Shown piece by piece: positions 50,002-63,251 of a DNA stretch of 64,000 nucleotides. The DNA comes from Seison nebaliae. Taxonomy: Eukaryota. Below the pieces are notes generated by a model that saw only the letters and a program-made list of their open reading frames with translations, ran no database searches and was not told the DNA's origin. The stretch covers positions 1 to 64,000 of the forward strand of contig JALJEE010002373.1 of the NCBI GenBank assembly GCA_023231475.1, read 5' to 3'. The first letter of the stretch is position 1. Every line of letters starts with the position of its first letter. Position numbers and translations under genes: made by a program.

Positions 50002-53000
50002 ATGCAATATTTCGTAATCTTATTGTTTATTATACTAATCGATACGGGACAAAGTGGTTAATATTCTTATTACACTTTTCCTTTGACTTTAATCAAATTT
50101 GTCTATAGCTATCGATTGTAGTTACGAAGATGGAGAAGATTCTTCTAAAATTAATTTAAAAATTTCGTGTTCCCTCTCAGAAGGAGCTCTGATGCAAGAT
50201 CAACAACTGACATGGCTATCAGAATATTTTCAACAGGACGAATGGAGTTAATAAATTCTTAAGCATTTACTTCATCTATACATCATTATTCATATTAGAA
50301 CAATGTGAACCTAATGTGAAATTGCAAACAAATAAATCGATCCCCGTTAAATTGAGTTTATGTTCGAATCAGGTTCGAATTACTTGCACCAATACTGCTA
50401 TGGGAATATATGAAAATGTGAAACAATATTTATCGATCTATGATAAAGATGAAATCTCTTTCAAAGTTATTCGAGGTGACCTGACATTTATCTCGTTGAA
50501 AGAATTGAAAAATATCCATGATAACGGAATCATTTCTATTGAAGATGTTATTGCGAAAAATAAAGGGATTTTTTGGAATTCAAAATTATCATATTTTAAT
50601 AACTATCAAATGGATGTGAAAACAATCGAACCATTATGGCCGCATGAATTGAACCAACTTCGACGATTCTGTTCTTATAATTATCAATTTGTTGCAGCGT
50701 TTCTCCAAACTCACATGATCGATCTGAATGGGAAATTATTGCCGAATCAAACGCAAATCTTTAAGGATTGTCGAAGTTTACAAAAACAGTATAATCTGAT
50801 ATATCCGAAAGAGATGTCGAAAGATGATATAAAGGATTTCAATGAGAAGAAAGTGGAAACTTTGTTTGAATTCGGTGCCGAAAAATGTTTCTTGCCTTAT
50901 TATACATCGGCAAGATATTTAACTCAAGTTCTAATACTCTCATCTGACGATTTAAATGAAATAAACGTTTATATCGAAAAATTTAAAACGAACAATTTAA
51001 AAATCGCATCGAGTATAAGAAATGATGCTTTAGATGTACAACAACGTCTCTGCATCAATCGACCTCCCCCATTAATCATTCAAGTTGAACAAAAATTGAA
51101 ACAATTAGAATTATTTTATCTACAAATGACGAATGAATTGCGATTATATTTCGAATCGGGTTCCCATATAAATTTCCATATCAGTGTCTTAATTCGAGGA
51201 ACAACTATGAAATATAAAAGTCGTCAATTGACAATATTACATAATGGAATGGAAAATGGTTTGATGGAAATGAAAAATCCGAAAGAATTCGTTCTACAGG
51301 TTGGTCAAATGTGGAAAATATTAGAATTTGATCGATGTTCTCCAGCATGCACCGCTACTTATCACTTACTAAATCCAAATGATATTCACTCAATTGAATG
51401 GTATGGAATCACCATCAAAGTACAAGCATCAAATGGTATTAATGATTTGGTAAATGATTATAATTTTGGAAGTATGACGGATACCGATGTAGAAAATAAA
51501 GGACTACCAACCACCGCATATTGTGACGATATTGATCGAGTAGTTATTCATTCCGGTCAGAATAAGCGTTTGTTATTTTTTGACAACGAACCAATTCACT
51601 TAACTAACACAATCGAAGAACCATGTTTGGATAGAAAACAATCCTTAGTTTGTGGTACACAGTTATTATTTTAACGAGTTTTCTAAAAAATTCCCCTTAA
51701 TAATTTAGATTTATTTTATTCGTTTGTCTTCACGATAGTTCATTATTTTGCGAATGTAATGCAAAAAAAACGGATAATGAAGAAATATGGAAAAATATCA
51801 AGATTAAGGGATTAATTGCTGAACCTGAAGAATTCTTGACGGAATTATCTGCTAATTCAATAGCTGAAGAAGGAAGAGTTTATTTGAATGAAATCGCAAA
51901 AGAATTCCGATTGTTATGTGTTCAACAAAAATTGAATTTAAACAAAAATTGTACAAATGCAGCATCAGAGAAGACAATTAACCATTTCTATGAAATAAAA
52001 GTACCGAAAGTTTCGGTGAAATATACTATTATTGGAGGAGATGTTCAGTGGTGGAAGATCGATGGGAAAATTAAAGAGAACTATTTATTAATCGATTATA
52101 GTGGTGATGATATCCCATCAAATATTCACATACGGATGGTCGATCTGGGGACGAATTCAATAATTTTAAATGATACATCGATTGAATTAGAAGAATATAA
52201 ACAACGAAATCAGCAACTTTATACATCGATATCGTTCACTAACAAATTTCCGATTGACTTGTTCGGATCGCAATTTATCAAACGATTTAACTTATTTGTA
52301 AAATTAACAAAAGAATCGAATTATGTCAAATTCATTAAAGTTAATTAAATTTCCATTGGAAATCATAAAATTTCCTTTACCATTTTTTAGATATTCAATA
52401 TCGTTAATGAATTAGATAATAAGATTGATTCGGTAAAATTATTTTGTGAGAATTGTCATAACCGCAATCCAAATTATTGGATTTATGACACTCTAACGTT
52501 TTTTGATGAGTTTCCAACTCAAAGTGTTTCACGAAAACAACTCACAGATTTGGAAGAGAAAAACGAAAGGAAGATGTTAATCAACATTGAAATTAAAACC
52601 CAACCGACAAGTATTATTGAGAAATATATGAAAATAATAGTTTCCGATAAAAATAATGGAAATTTAAACACATTTTATTCATCAGCATTGAATAGTGACG
52701 AGAATTATATGGTACTGAATTTGGATAATATAAATGAACTTAATGTTGAAGTGGGTAATGATGATGGATCGTATGATAATTTATTATTGAAATTAACTGA
52801 TAAATTCACTTATCTGAAACAAATGTTGGATTTTCAAGATCACTCACCAAACTGTCAATGTGAAAGTTTCATGCGGGAAATAATTCAATTGAAATATTAT
52901 TATTATATTTGCTGTCAATGTTATGGAGATAACTATGGAAACGGTTTAATTTATGAAGCAATAATTGGAAAAATAGACAATAATATTATTGACAATAAAT

Positions 53001-56000
53001 TGACCGTGTTATATAAAGGAATAAAATCATGTTTCCGTGTCTTTGTTCCGTTAGTTGAGAATGCTGAAAATGGAATCTTCGAAATTTTGGTTAACATCAA
53101 ATATTTATATGTAGATGAATATGTTGGGAGGAAGTTGAAAACGGAACCGAGAATTTTATTGCAGAAATATAAAGAATATTCTTCATTACGATTCTTCCAA
53201 TATCTGAATGAATATGGATCATTCCAATTATCTCCATTCAAAGGAAATGTTCATGATGTGTCATTATTTTTATTTTACAAAGAATTATACAAATTAATTT
53301 CTGCTAATCATAAGGACGTTCCATCTTTTCTCATATATCAGATAAAATATGAGAATGAACAGAAATCTGTAGAAGATTTTTTACGAAAATCAATTTATTA
53401 TAATTTGGGAAAGTTTATTGAATTTAGTGAAATTCCAACGAACTCATTAACAATCAAATTTCCTACAAATTTTATTTTCAACGGAATCTATCAGTTATTG
53501 AATGAAATTCAAGTTCTTTTGTTGTTGTTATTTTCCCTTAAATTTTTATTTTTTTAGTCTCTGACTTTCAATTGGAATATTGACGATTTAGATTCGATTC
53601 AATATCTAACGAATAAATTAATAAAAACTAAATTTCGTCGTCAATTTGTTTCTCATTATAAAATATTAATCCGAATATTATATCTGGTACACAATATGAT
53701 TCTGATGAAATTGAATGATAAGAATTTCGATTATCTTTCCATTGTCAATTCGAAGAAATCAAACGACTGCATTGAAGGAACTGTTGGATATGAAACGAGA
53801 AGATTAAATGAGTTATTACAAATGAGTGATACGAATTATTCGAAATTAATTTTCGATCAATTAACCACTTCTCCGTTGAAGAAAAGTTTAACAAATCAAA
53901 TTCTTCAATCTAATGAACAATTGAAATCATTTGCAATCTCAGAATTCCAAAGTCGAATTACATCATTCGTTGATTATATTATTGTTTCAGCTATTGATAA
54001 TGAAAAACGATTAGTAACATTATCTCCATTAGATGATGGACGTTTATTAGAATTGCAATATGATGATTTTTTTGCGAATGATGAAATTAGTTTCGACATC
54101 GGATTATTGACAGCTTATCATACTCGATTACCAAATGTGTTAAGTCTATTTGATGAACCGATTAAGCACATGGTGTTAGAACCAGAAAATGAGATTCCTG
54201 ATAAATTGAAGGATAAAATGAATTTTGAAATAAATTCGATTGCGCTAAATAATTTGAAGAGAAATGGCATTATCCGTTTAAGAGAGAATGGAATAAGTGA
54301 ATCGAACAAAAATTACATTGTTTCAAGTAAAGAAGTTGATGAGAATGAATTAAATGATTATGAAATTAATTCGAAATTGAAATTCATTAGTATTCATGAT
54401 TCTGAAGAACCTTCAACAATTATTGAACTTTCAACCATCAGCGACAACATTCTCATTCATTTGACAAGTCAATTGCCAAAGGATAAACATGAACAGAAGA
54501 TAAAGAACTTAATTCAATCCAAAATTGTTGTGATACCTAATTTCAATATGTTTCATCGACACATTCTCCGAATCGACGAACTGACGAATAAAAATCAGTT
54601 GGTCAACGAAGAGAATGCTTATCTGTTTCTTAATATTGAGTTAATTGGATATCATGTCAATGAACAGTTTATGAAGGAGAACTATCCGGAAACTTTAGTC
54701 GAAAGCAGTTTTGAGAGTCGAAAACATTATTGTTTCCTCCATAAAGACACAACAGTAAATATGAAGAAGAAAAACTTTACGATCGACATATTAATAAGTG
54801 ATAATGAAGAATTCGATGGGAGTAAAACATATTCGCTGAAAAATGGGAAATCGGAAGATATGGATGAAACAATATTAGAGAATTTTAATCTGAAACGAAT
54901 AACTCCTATGACTCGTAAAGGAGCAGCATTGACATTCTTTGAAATAAGAAAATTGAATGATTCAATTTACGAAGAAATCGATCATATGGATATTGTTATG
55001 GAAATAAGTGTTAGCTTAATTTCCTGTATCTATTTCGATTCGATAGAGAAGAAATGGAAAGGAAATGGTTGTACAATTGATGGAAATACGAACGTTTTGT
55101 CTTCAATTCAATGTAATTGTAATCACTTAACACCGTTTAGTGCTAAAGTTCGTTCTATCGATTTATCAATCAACTTCGATACAATAACCAGAATCGATGT
55201 CAGTGAGAATATCGTTCCATTATTTATTGTTTTATTAGTTTTCATTAGTCTAATGGTTTGTTGTATTTGTGTGAGAATATTCTTCAAAGAGATATCTCAC
55301 AAATATTTGATTTCTGTGGGAGAACGTTCAGGTTCCTTCAAATATGAGATATCTATTCACACTGGTTGGTTAACATCCGGTACGACGAGTTGTGTTGGTA
55401 TGAAATTACATGGCACAAAAGGAAGTAGTGTAAGAACTGCATTGAAAGCACCGGTACCATCGAATGATATCAAATTCAAACCATCTAAACATTTATTCCA
55501 ACGAGGTTGTGAAAATAATTTCTTGTTTTCATGTAACGACGATCTCGGTCATTTAACATCAATAAGTTTATGGCATAATGCTGCTGGTAATAGACCGTAT
55601 TGGTTCATTCGTTCATTAATCGTAAAAGATATACAAAATGATTCGATTTATCTAACTTGTCCCAATGATTGGTTAATTGTCGATCCTTTAGAAAGGAAAT
55701 CTTCTTTGACATCAACAACATCATCGTCTTCATCAGTGGGAAAGATGGAATTAAATAATCTTCATCTTAATTTCCAATTATTTCAAATTGACAATATGGA
55801 AGATTTGGACGGAATTGAGAAAAGACAATTGAAAAATTTAAACAACATTTTCTTATCCAATTCTTTCATCGATTATAATTTATGGATTAATCTAATTTTT
55901 CATCGAATTATCGAACCGATTTCACAACTTTCCAAAATCTTCATTTTTCATACGACATTCTTCTTCATTCTCTTGTTTGCATTAATCAATTATGTCATAT

Positions 56001-59000
56001 TTAATGACGAACATGAATTACATGTCAATAATTCGAAGATTGGAGGAGTTTTAGGTTCCGTTGAGATTATTGCAGCACTCATTACAGCTGTCATGGGTTC
56101 CATTATACATTTATTACTAACTCTCCTCATTCGTTACGTGACGTTGAAAGAAAGGAGACCAACTTATTTATTTGCAAAAAAACAAAAAAAAGATTTGAAG
56201 ACACTTCAACTCGACAATAGTTCAAATCAAAACTTTGATAGTTCGCGCCAAACTTCCGCTAAAACTACTGTCGCCATCAATGTCAATAGTACAGCAGTGT
56301 TAAAGAAGAGTTTCAAGACAATCAAACGAACTGAATGTAAAAGGAAATTGAGTTTTGGTTCGATGTCAAACGATACGACGTATACCGATTTGTTGAACAG
56401 TATTCAACCCAAATTATTTACAGTTGAAGAAGATGCTCCATCAAATAATAAAAAGAAGTCGATAACATCAGTTAATCGGATAACAAAAAATAAGAATCTT
56501 CCTAAACGGAGACAGACATCAATCATTTCTATTGATACTTCGATCGAAGAGGATACTATTCCACAAATGAAAGAAAATCATCAAATCTTAATAGGACAAC
56601 AATCGACGGATAACGACAATTTTACGGAAAGTCATCAGAAAAAATTTAAAATAATATTTGGAATTACTTATTCTTTGCTACTCTCCTTAATGATATTCGC
56701 TTCGATTCTTATCATTTATTATGGATGGACGTTTCAAGTTGCTGTTACATTCCAATGGTTTGTGACATGTGCATTCTCTTTAATTTTCTCTTTCACACTT
56801 GTGGAACCAGTGAAGTGTTGGATTGTTTACAAAGTACATCGATTGTATTCCTTAAAGAATTCGAGAAGATTCTTTAATAAATATCTACTTCTTCATGATG
56901 TGGATAAGGAGGAAAAAAAAGAATTGATTGATGACACTACTTCATTCCATTCGACAATGAAATCGATTTTATTGAATACAAAAAAATTGAATGTTACAAC
57001 TAATAATTATCCATCACCTCTCAATCCACAATATAAACATAATGGAATATATCACTTGAAATATCATGATGATAATGTTCTTTTAAGATATCGACCATTA
57101 GCCGGTTATGGTTACGAGAAGATCTGTCAAATTACGGCTGCCTATTTCCGTATAAAGGAAACTTTATTCGTCTTAATTCCAATATTCTTTTGCGTCATTC
57201 TCTCTTTCATTCTCTTCTCACCAATTGGACATATTAAGGAGAATAATCATTTGATTCAACATTTCCATAAATCTTCAATTCTTCTATCATCATCGATGAA
57301 TAATATGGATTCTTCATTAATTGTTCATGAATTCAACAAATATTATTTCAAAATGATCAAATATTATGATAATACGCAACATCAATTAAGTCATTTATTA
57401 CAATTCCAACAATTTTACCAACAACAAATCGAAATTATTTATGAGGAATCTCCATCAATTCACTTCAATGATTTCGAATCAATTCTCAATTTAACTTTAG
57501 TGAATAATTGTAGATCGTTCGAGAAAGTTTGTAAGGAGATGAAGGAGAATTCAAAAAAAAATTATTGGAATCGTATTGATCATCTTATTAATACCGAAAA
57601 ATATTTCAAAAAATTTGATGAATGTAAAATTGTTTATCAAGAAGATTTCCGTCATTTGAATTGTAATTATGAGAAGATTCCAGTTGGACCACAAATCTTA
57701 CTAAAAGGTTTCGATTCGAAATTTGTGGAATATATTCAACAAATATTACAATCGAATTCGGATAATGCGTTAAATTTCATCAACTCCATCAACATCAAAC
57801 AATCATTCATCCAACCAGAACAAATCGATAATAAACCCAGTCAACTTTATCTTTTAACAACGAACTTTAATCGGGAGAATACTTATTTGAAATCAAATAT
57901 CTTCAAAAGTAGTTTTCAAATTAATTCTTTCGAATATGCCACTCCATTTCAATATGGTGCTTTACTTATTTCAATTGCCTTAATTTCAATCATCATTCTC
58001 ACCATGTATTTCTTAATACGATATCGACAATTTCACAACAAACGGTTTGAGAGAAATGCGAAGGTAAACTCTAATTTTAAATTTCCACATAAACCACCAT
58101 TGATATTTGGTGTATTTGGAATCCTCATTATCCTTTTGATCAATTTAATTTTATTAGTCATCCAGACAATTTTCCATATTTACGTTGAAATGAAACGGAT
58201 AAACATTCATTCTAGCAAAGACAATCTGCAAATCATAGAAGAATACTCTTCATTAGGTAATTTCATGGAAGCGATCCATTACATAATTGCAATTATTCAA
58301 TTTACTTTAACAATAGCACTCATATATATTTTCATGCAATTAATCAATTTTTACAGGAATATCTTTGTAATTTATCGATTGGCAACTCTTGAAATTAGTT
58401 TGACATTCGTTCGATATGTCATTGGTATGATTGCTTTCAGTTCGGTGATTTATTTAATGAATAAAAAGAATTTTAACGTTAAATTAAATTTTATTCACTT
58501 ACTTCACACTTCTTTTTCAACTTCCTTTTCAGATATCAGATTATACTTATTTTATCACAATATTCTGCAGTATTGGCAATCGCCGATTCATGAATGAAAT
58601 TTTTAAGAAGAATGATAATATTTGTAATTTCATTGTCGTTGTATGGTATATATTCTGCCTTCTCATTGTTCGATCGTTCTTGATAAGCGTCTACCAATTT
58701 TATTTGAAAACTATTCGTCTTCAAAAATTCAAATTATCAACAACAAATGGATTAACCATTTCTGAACGTCAATCGATGGCTGATATTTACGTTTACGATC
58801 TAATTTTATTCATAAAAGATATTATCGGTTGGCACAACATTGAATCGATCGAGAAAACGAAATCGAGCAACAATAAAAAATCCATTTTAATAAAAAACTT
58901 TCAACATAAAACTAAAGATAATGTTATTATTCCACGTTATGAAACAAAACAACAAAATCAAGATAATGTTATTAACTTTTTAAATATTTAAATTTTAATT

Positions 59001-59540
59001 AATTAAAATTAATAGAAAATGAGAAAAGTCCGCTTCCCCAGAGATATTACGTCGGCGAGTACAATTCGTTCACATTCGTCTTCTGTTATTTATGAAGAAC
59101 CGAATGAATCTCATCTTCAAGAAATTTTCGATGGAATAGTTGATCGTTGTTGGAAAGAACAGGTCAAACAGAAAGATACTTATTCAAACAATGACAATAT
59201 TTTGTATGATCAATTGGAGATGATCAATCTGTTGAAAATGAAAAAAAATATTCGTCGTCCATCCGTAACATCTATCAAGTCGACATCATCGAACGATTCG
59301 AATATTTCGAGTATTTCTATGTATCTCAATAATCCGAATAGAAAACCTTCCAAAATGCAATTAACGAATAACTCAAAAATACCCAAATTGTTAGCTAGAA
59401 AACGTTCGGGAAGAATTCGACCCAATTCTTTTGGGTCAGAAGAATCCTTCCGTCAGAAGACTACACTTCCACCACATTTGAATAGAGGTCGATCGGAAAG
59501 TAGAAAACGAAGTCAAATTCCTGTGTATAAGGCTCATTGA
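50002..59540 (+). CDS. Polycystin-1-like (PKD1/PKD1L family) protein, 8 exons, about 3,000 aa
   Basis: Signal peptide MQYFVILLFIILIDTGQS, long ectodomain, GPS motif (CIYFD..WKGNGC..CNCNHLTPF), TM1, PLAT domain (YEISIHTGW..FQRGCENNF..LWHNAAGNRPYWF), multiple further TMs. Seven GTT introns keep the frame. Confidence 0.9.
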
Positions 59541-60432
59541 ATTTAGAGATACCGGTTTTATTATTTATAATTTCAATCATTTGATAGTCATTATCACTCA
59601 ACTCAAATTATAACTTAACAGTTTATTTTAATAAAGTATCGATAATTTTCTTTAAATAAAAATCTTTATTATTTTCCTTTCGCCTTACTCCAATTTGCAG
59701 CGTCAAAATAATATCGTAAATTTATTTAAATGAAATCTATCTCATATAAAAGAAGATTAAAGTGAAAAAAAACGAACGAAATTGATGAATTTTTACCGGA
59801 AAATAGGACAGTACAAATTGTGATATTTTTATACTTTCTCACATTTTTTATAAAATTCATCAAATTTAAAAAAATACTTTATCAAAACTCTAATCGAGTT
59901 TATAAACGATCGATAATCATTAAAATAACTTTTTTTTCTAATCCATATCTATTTGACTAACTGATTTCAAAAAATGACTTTTAATCTATTATCATTGGAA
60001 ATTGAGCGTTTAAAATATGAAATACACGTAAAAAGTTTGACAAAGTTTGAATGGAATTTACTTCAATTTTTAGCATTAATCAATATTGATTTTCAATTCT
60101 TAACTTTGTTTAAGCTGAAACTTTAGAAAAAATCCTATCGAAGTATATATATATTTTTTTTTTTAATATTTTTTTTATTTTTTTATAAAAGTATATAAAA
60201 AAAACTATTTCATATCTTCTGAATATCGTTAAATAAAAACCAATTGAAAAAAATGTTTCAACGCAATTTCAGGGGGTATTTTCCGTAGGGAAATTTTCGT
60301 ACAATAATCAAAAAAAAAGAAAACTTATAACCGTTCACGTTAAATTACTTTTTTATATAACGTGTAATAAAGCAAATTCAACAATTAATTCAAGTATACG
60401 AATTAATTCGGTATATGAAGACAAGAGACATG

Positions 60433-60552
60433 GTACAATTCGAGAATGTGGAAGCACTGAAAAGGAAAATTGAAAGTAGTTGGAAAAAATTACCAGTTGA
60501 ATTAGTTCAAACACTTGTTTCATCTTTTCCGAAACGAATGTGTTGTAGATTC
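60433..60552 (+). mobile_element. Tc1/mariner transposase C-terminal remnant
   Basis: QFENVEALKRKIESSWKKLPVELVQTLVSSFPKRM matches the Tc1 C-terminal pattern (L...I...W..IP...I..L..SMP.R). Confidence 0.7.
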
Positions 60553-60903
60553 ATTTCATGATTCATTTGTCTACAACTGTTGTAGAGAGTAATACATTCA
60601 TTTATGATAAAAAAGAAAACAGTTTTCTTTAAAATTTTGAAGAGCAGTATAGAATGGAACTTGTTATAAAAACTAAAAAATTCCATTTAATGATAAACTG
60701 AATGAATTAATCATTTTATACTCTAGCGAAAGAGTACAATCTCCTTCAAAACATTAGAGACTAATGTTAAATGATTGTTAAACACATAACAAATTATAAT
60801 ATTGAATAATATTCAATAAAATTTGGATGTGAATTAAGAATATTTGATTTAGTCTAAAGTTTAGAATTCGAAAAAAAAATTGTTGAAAAAAATCTAAATA
60901 AAT

Positions 60904-61503
60904 ATGAAGCATAGTATGGATAATTTTTATTTGATTAATCGTATGGAGGAGAACAAAATCTCTCTCAATCCAACAATCAATTTTGAACACGATCGTTTCC
61001 CATATTGTATAGTTTGGACTCCAATACCATTCATAAGTTGGTTATTCCCAATAATCGGTCACACCGGCATCTCTTTTACTAATGGAATTATTACCGATTT
61101 CGCTGGACCTTATGTGGTAAGTGAAGATAATATGGCATTTGGAAGACCATTAAAATATGTGCAACTCGATGTTAATCGTGTCCAATCTCACCGACTCGAT
61201 AAATCATTGGAGGAACGAATTTCATATTATGATTCGGCTGTGACAGAAGCCGCTTCAATCTACAGAAGAAGAGTGCATAATATCTGCTGCGACAATTGTC
61301 ATTCTCATTGTGCACATGCGTTAGATTTGATGGAATATGATGGTAAGTCCTCATGGACAATGTTTCATATCGCTTTGATGTTGTTGCTTCATGGCAAGTA
61401 CAGGAATAAGAAATCCATTATCAAGACCTGGCTACCATTCATTCTGATTGTTGGACTTATTATCATCATCGTAGTAGTGACTCGAATGAGAAAAGTGATT
61501 TGA
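60904..61503 (+). CDS. TMEM222: Transmembrane protein 222, single exon
   Basis: RFPYCIVWTPIPFISWLFPIIGHTGI, DFAGPYVVSEDNMAFG, HNICCDNCHSH. Confidence 0.95.
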   Translation: MKHSMDNFYLINRMEENKISLNPTINFEHDRFPYCIVWTPIPFISWLFPIIGHTGISFTNGIITDFAGPYVVSEDNMAFGRPLKYVQLDVNRVQSHRLDKSLEERISYYDSAVTEAASIYRRRVHNICCDNCHSHCAHALDLMEYDGKSSWTMFHIALMLLLHGKYRNKKSIIKTWLPFILIVGLIIIIVVVTRMRKVI

Positions 61504-61849
61504 ATATCAGTCAATTCATAAATTTTAAATGTCATCGTTTTATATTGAGCAAAATTATTTAATTGTCGACTCTTTTCGAGAAAGTTTTCATAAAAGTTTT
61601 CATTTATATCTCCTTATTAAAATATTAAAACGAATAATTCTTTGTCGTGGCAGTAAATTGAAGAGGATGAATTGGAAAGAAATGACACGTTTTATTGAAT
61701 TTTTATTACAGTTTTAATTGAACGAATTTGTAATGATTGAAATACTTAAGAATTTTATATAAATATCGAAGTGTCTTTATCTTCTAAAAATTACATTTCC
61801 ATCTCGTTCATTATTCAGCGTCATATAATACTAATTTGTTGAGAGTAAA

Positions 61850-62847
61850 ATGAATTATCTGGTACTTCTCTTATTTATTGTTGCTTCAGGTTAATCAAAT
61901 GATAATATTATGGATCATTATCTTTATTCGTTACTAGTGTATGGACAAAGCAAATTCAGCATAAACAAACCAGTTCCAATTGAACTTCTTTTACTAAATT
62001 TATTCATGAAAAACTCTTTTTTTTAAGTTATGTCAAAAATTACCTTCTTTGCCATCGGGCGTCTATAAAATAAGTTATCGACGAGTATCTTATCCGAAGA
62101 TTGATCAAAACCCAAAAATTTACAGAACTGGCTCAACAATTTCCTTCAGTTGTTCTCAAGGTAAGTTCTTATTGAAAAATATAAATAAATTATTTCTTAT
62201 TCTTTAGGTGCTGGTGCGGCTAAATGTGGATCAGACGGTTCATGGGCTCTCTCAGGTCCTTGTAGTGGAGGTGCTTCTTCAGGAGGTGGTTCCGTTCGTG
62301 CAATGATGGTCCCAAGTCAACCAAGACAATCATCTTGTAGTTGTCCATGTGGTGGTGGTGGTGGTGGAGGTGCTGGTGCCGGACGATCAATGATGCAAGT
62401 TTCTGGTGGTAGTAATAGCAATAGTGGAAGTTATTCATAAAATAAATACCTTTTCGATACTTAAAATTTTACTGAATTAATTTAGATCTGGTTCCCGGAA
62501 AAATGTACAGAGTTGTTTTCAACGGTTTTTAGTTTTTTTATGTTTCTTTTTTACAGAAATTGTTTTTTTTTTTAAGGTAGAGTTTGTCTAATGAAATGTT
62601 AGGAAATTATGTTTAATTTTAAAAATTAATTATAAGAATAAAAGTTAACGGATATTCGGGCGGATCGGCAACTCAAGCTAAGTCTGATGAAACGACCACC
62701 ATAAGCGAAACAACAGAAACACCATCCGATCTTGGCGAGGACGATGCTTCAAAATCGACTGGTGGAGGTACTGGTCCTACAACTGAAAGTCAAACAGGAA
62801 GTACTTTGGCTGAATCAACTCCAACTACACTTTTCGATTCATCATAA
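61850..62847 (+). CDS. Small secreted protein with one Sushi/CCP-like domain and a Gly/Ser/Thr-rich tail, 6-7 exons (not in the ORF track)
   Basis: MNYLVLLLFIVAS^VYGQ...^LCQKLPSLPSG...YRTGSTISFSCSQ^GAGAAKCGSDGSWALSGPC (4 Cys plus Trp in CCP spacing), then CSCPC-poly-Gly and an S/T/E-rich last exon. Confidence 0.75.
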
Positions 62848-63123
62848 ACAAAACAACAATTTAAACATTCTACTATTAATATTTTAATACATTTTCTTTA
62901 ATCCAATAAATTAAGATTATCAAAAGATTATTCATTTAACAGAATTTCATTGACTTCACAAAGCACATTAGGGAAATGTGGAAGTAGATAGAATGTAGAA
63001 ATTGTTTCTTCAAATTTTCCTCATAATAATTTATTAGATGTTCTCTTCTCCATTAAGAAACTGAATAGTATGTCTAATATAAATTAATGAATAAAAATAT
63101 GAAATGAACATTTAGCGTAAACA

Positions 63124-63137
63124 GTTGCTATAGCAAC
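63124..63137. promoter_or_regulatory. Perfect palindromic RFX X-box upstream of IQCK
   Basis: GTTGCTATAGCAAC, about 115 bp upstream of the ATG at 63252. Confidence 0.85.
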
Positions 63138-63251
63138 GAACGAGCAAACGAAAGAAAATGCCTGTAATGAACTTTCGTTTTAATGATGTTTGGAGAACAA
63201 TCAGTGAAGGTTCCCATTATTTAAAAAATTGTAATTCAAATAAATTAGACA

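Noticed and set aside
58478..58597. Apparent overlap or frameshift between the 1633-aa and 133-aa ORFs
   Set aside because: Explained by a GTTAAA..CAG intron (about 58478-58532). No recoding is needed.
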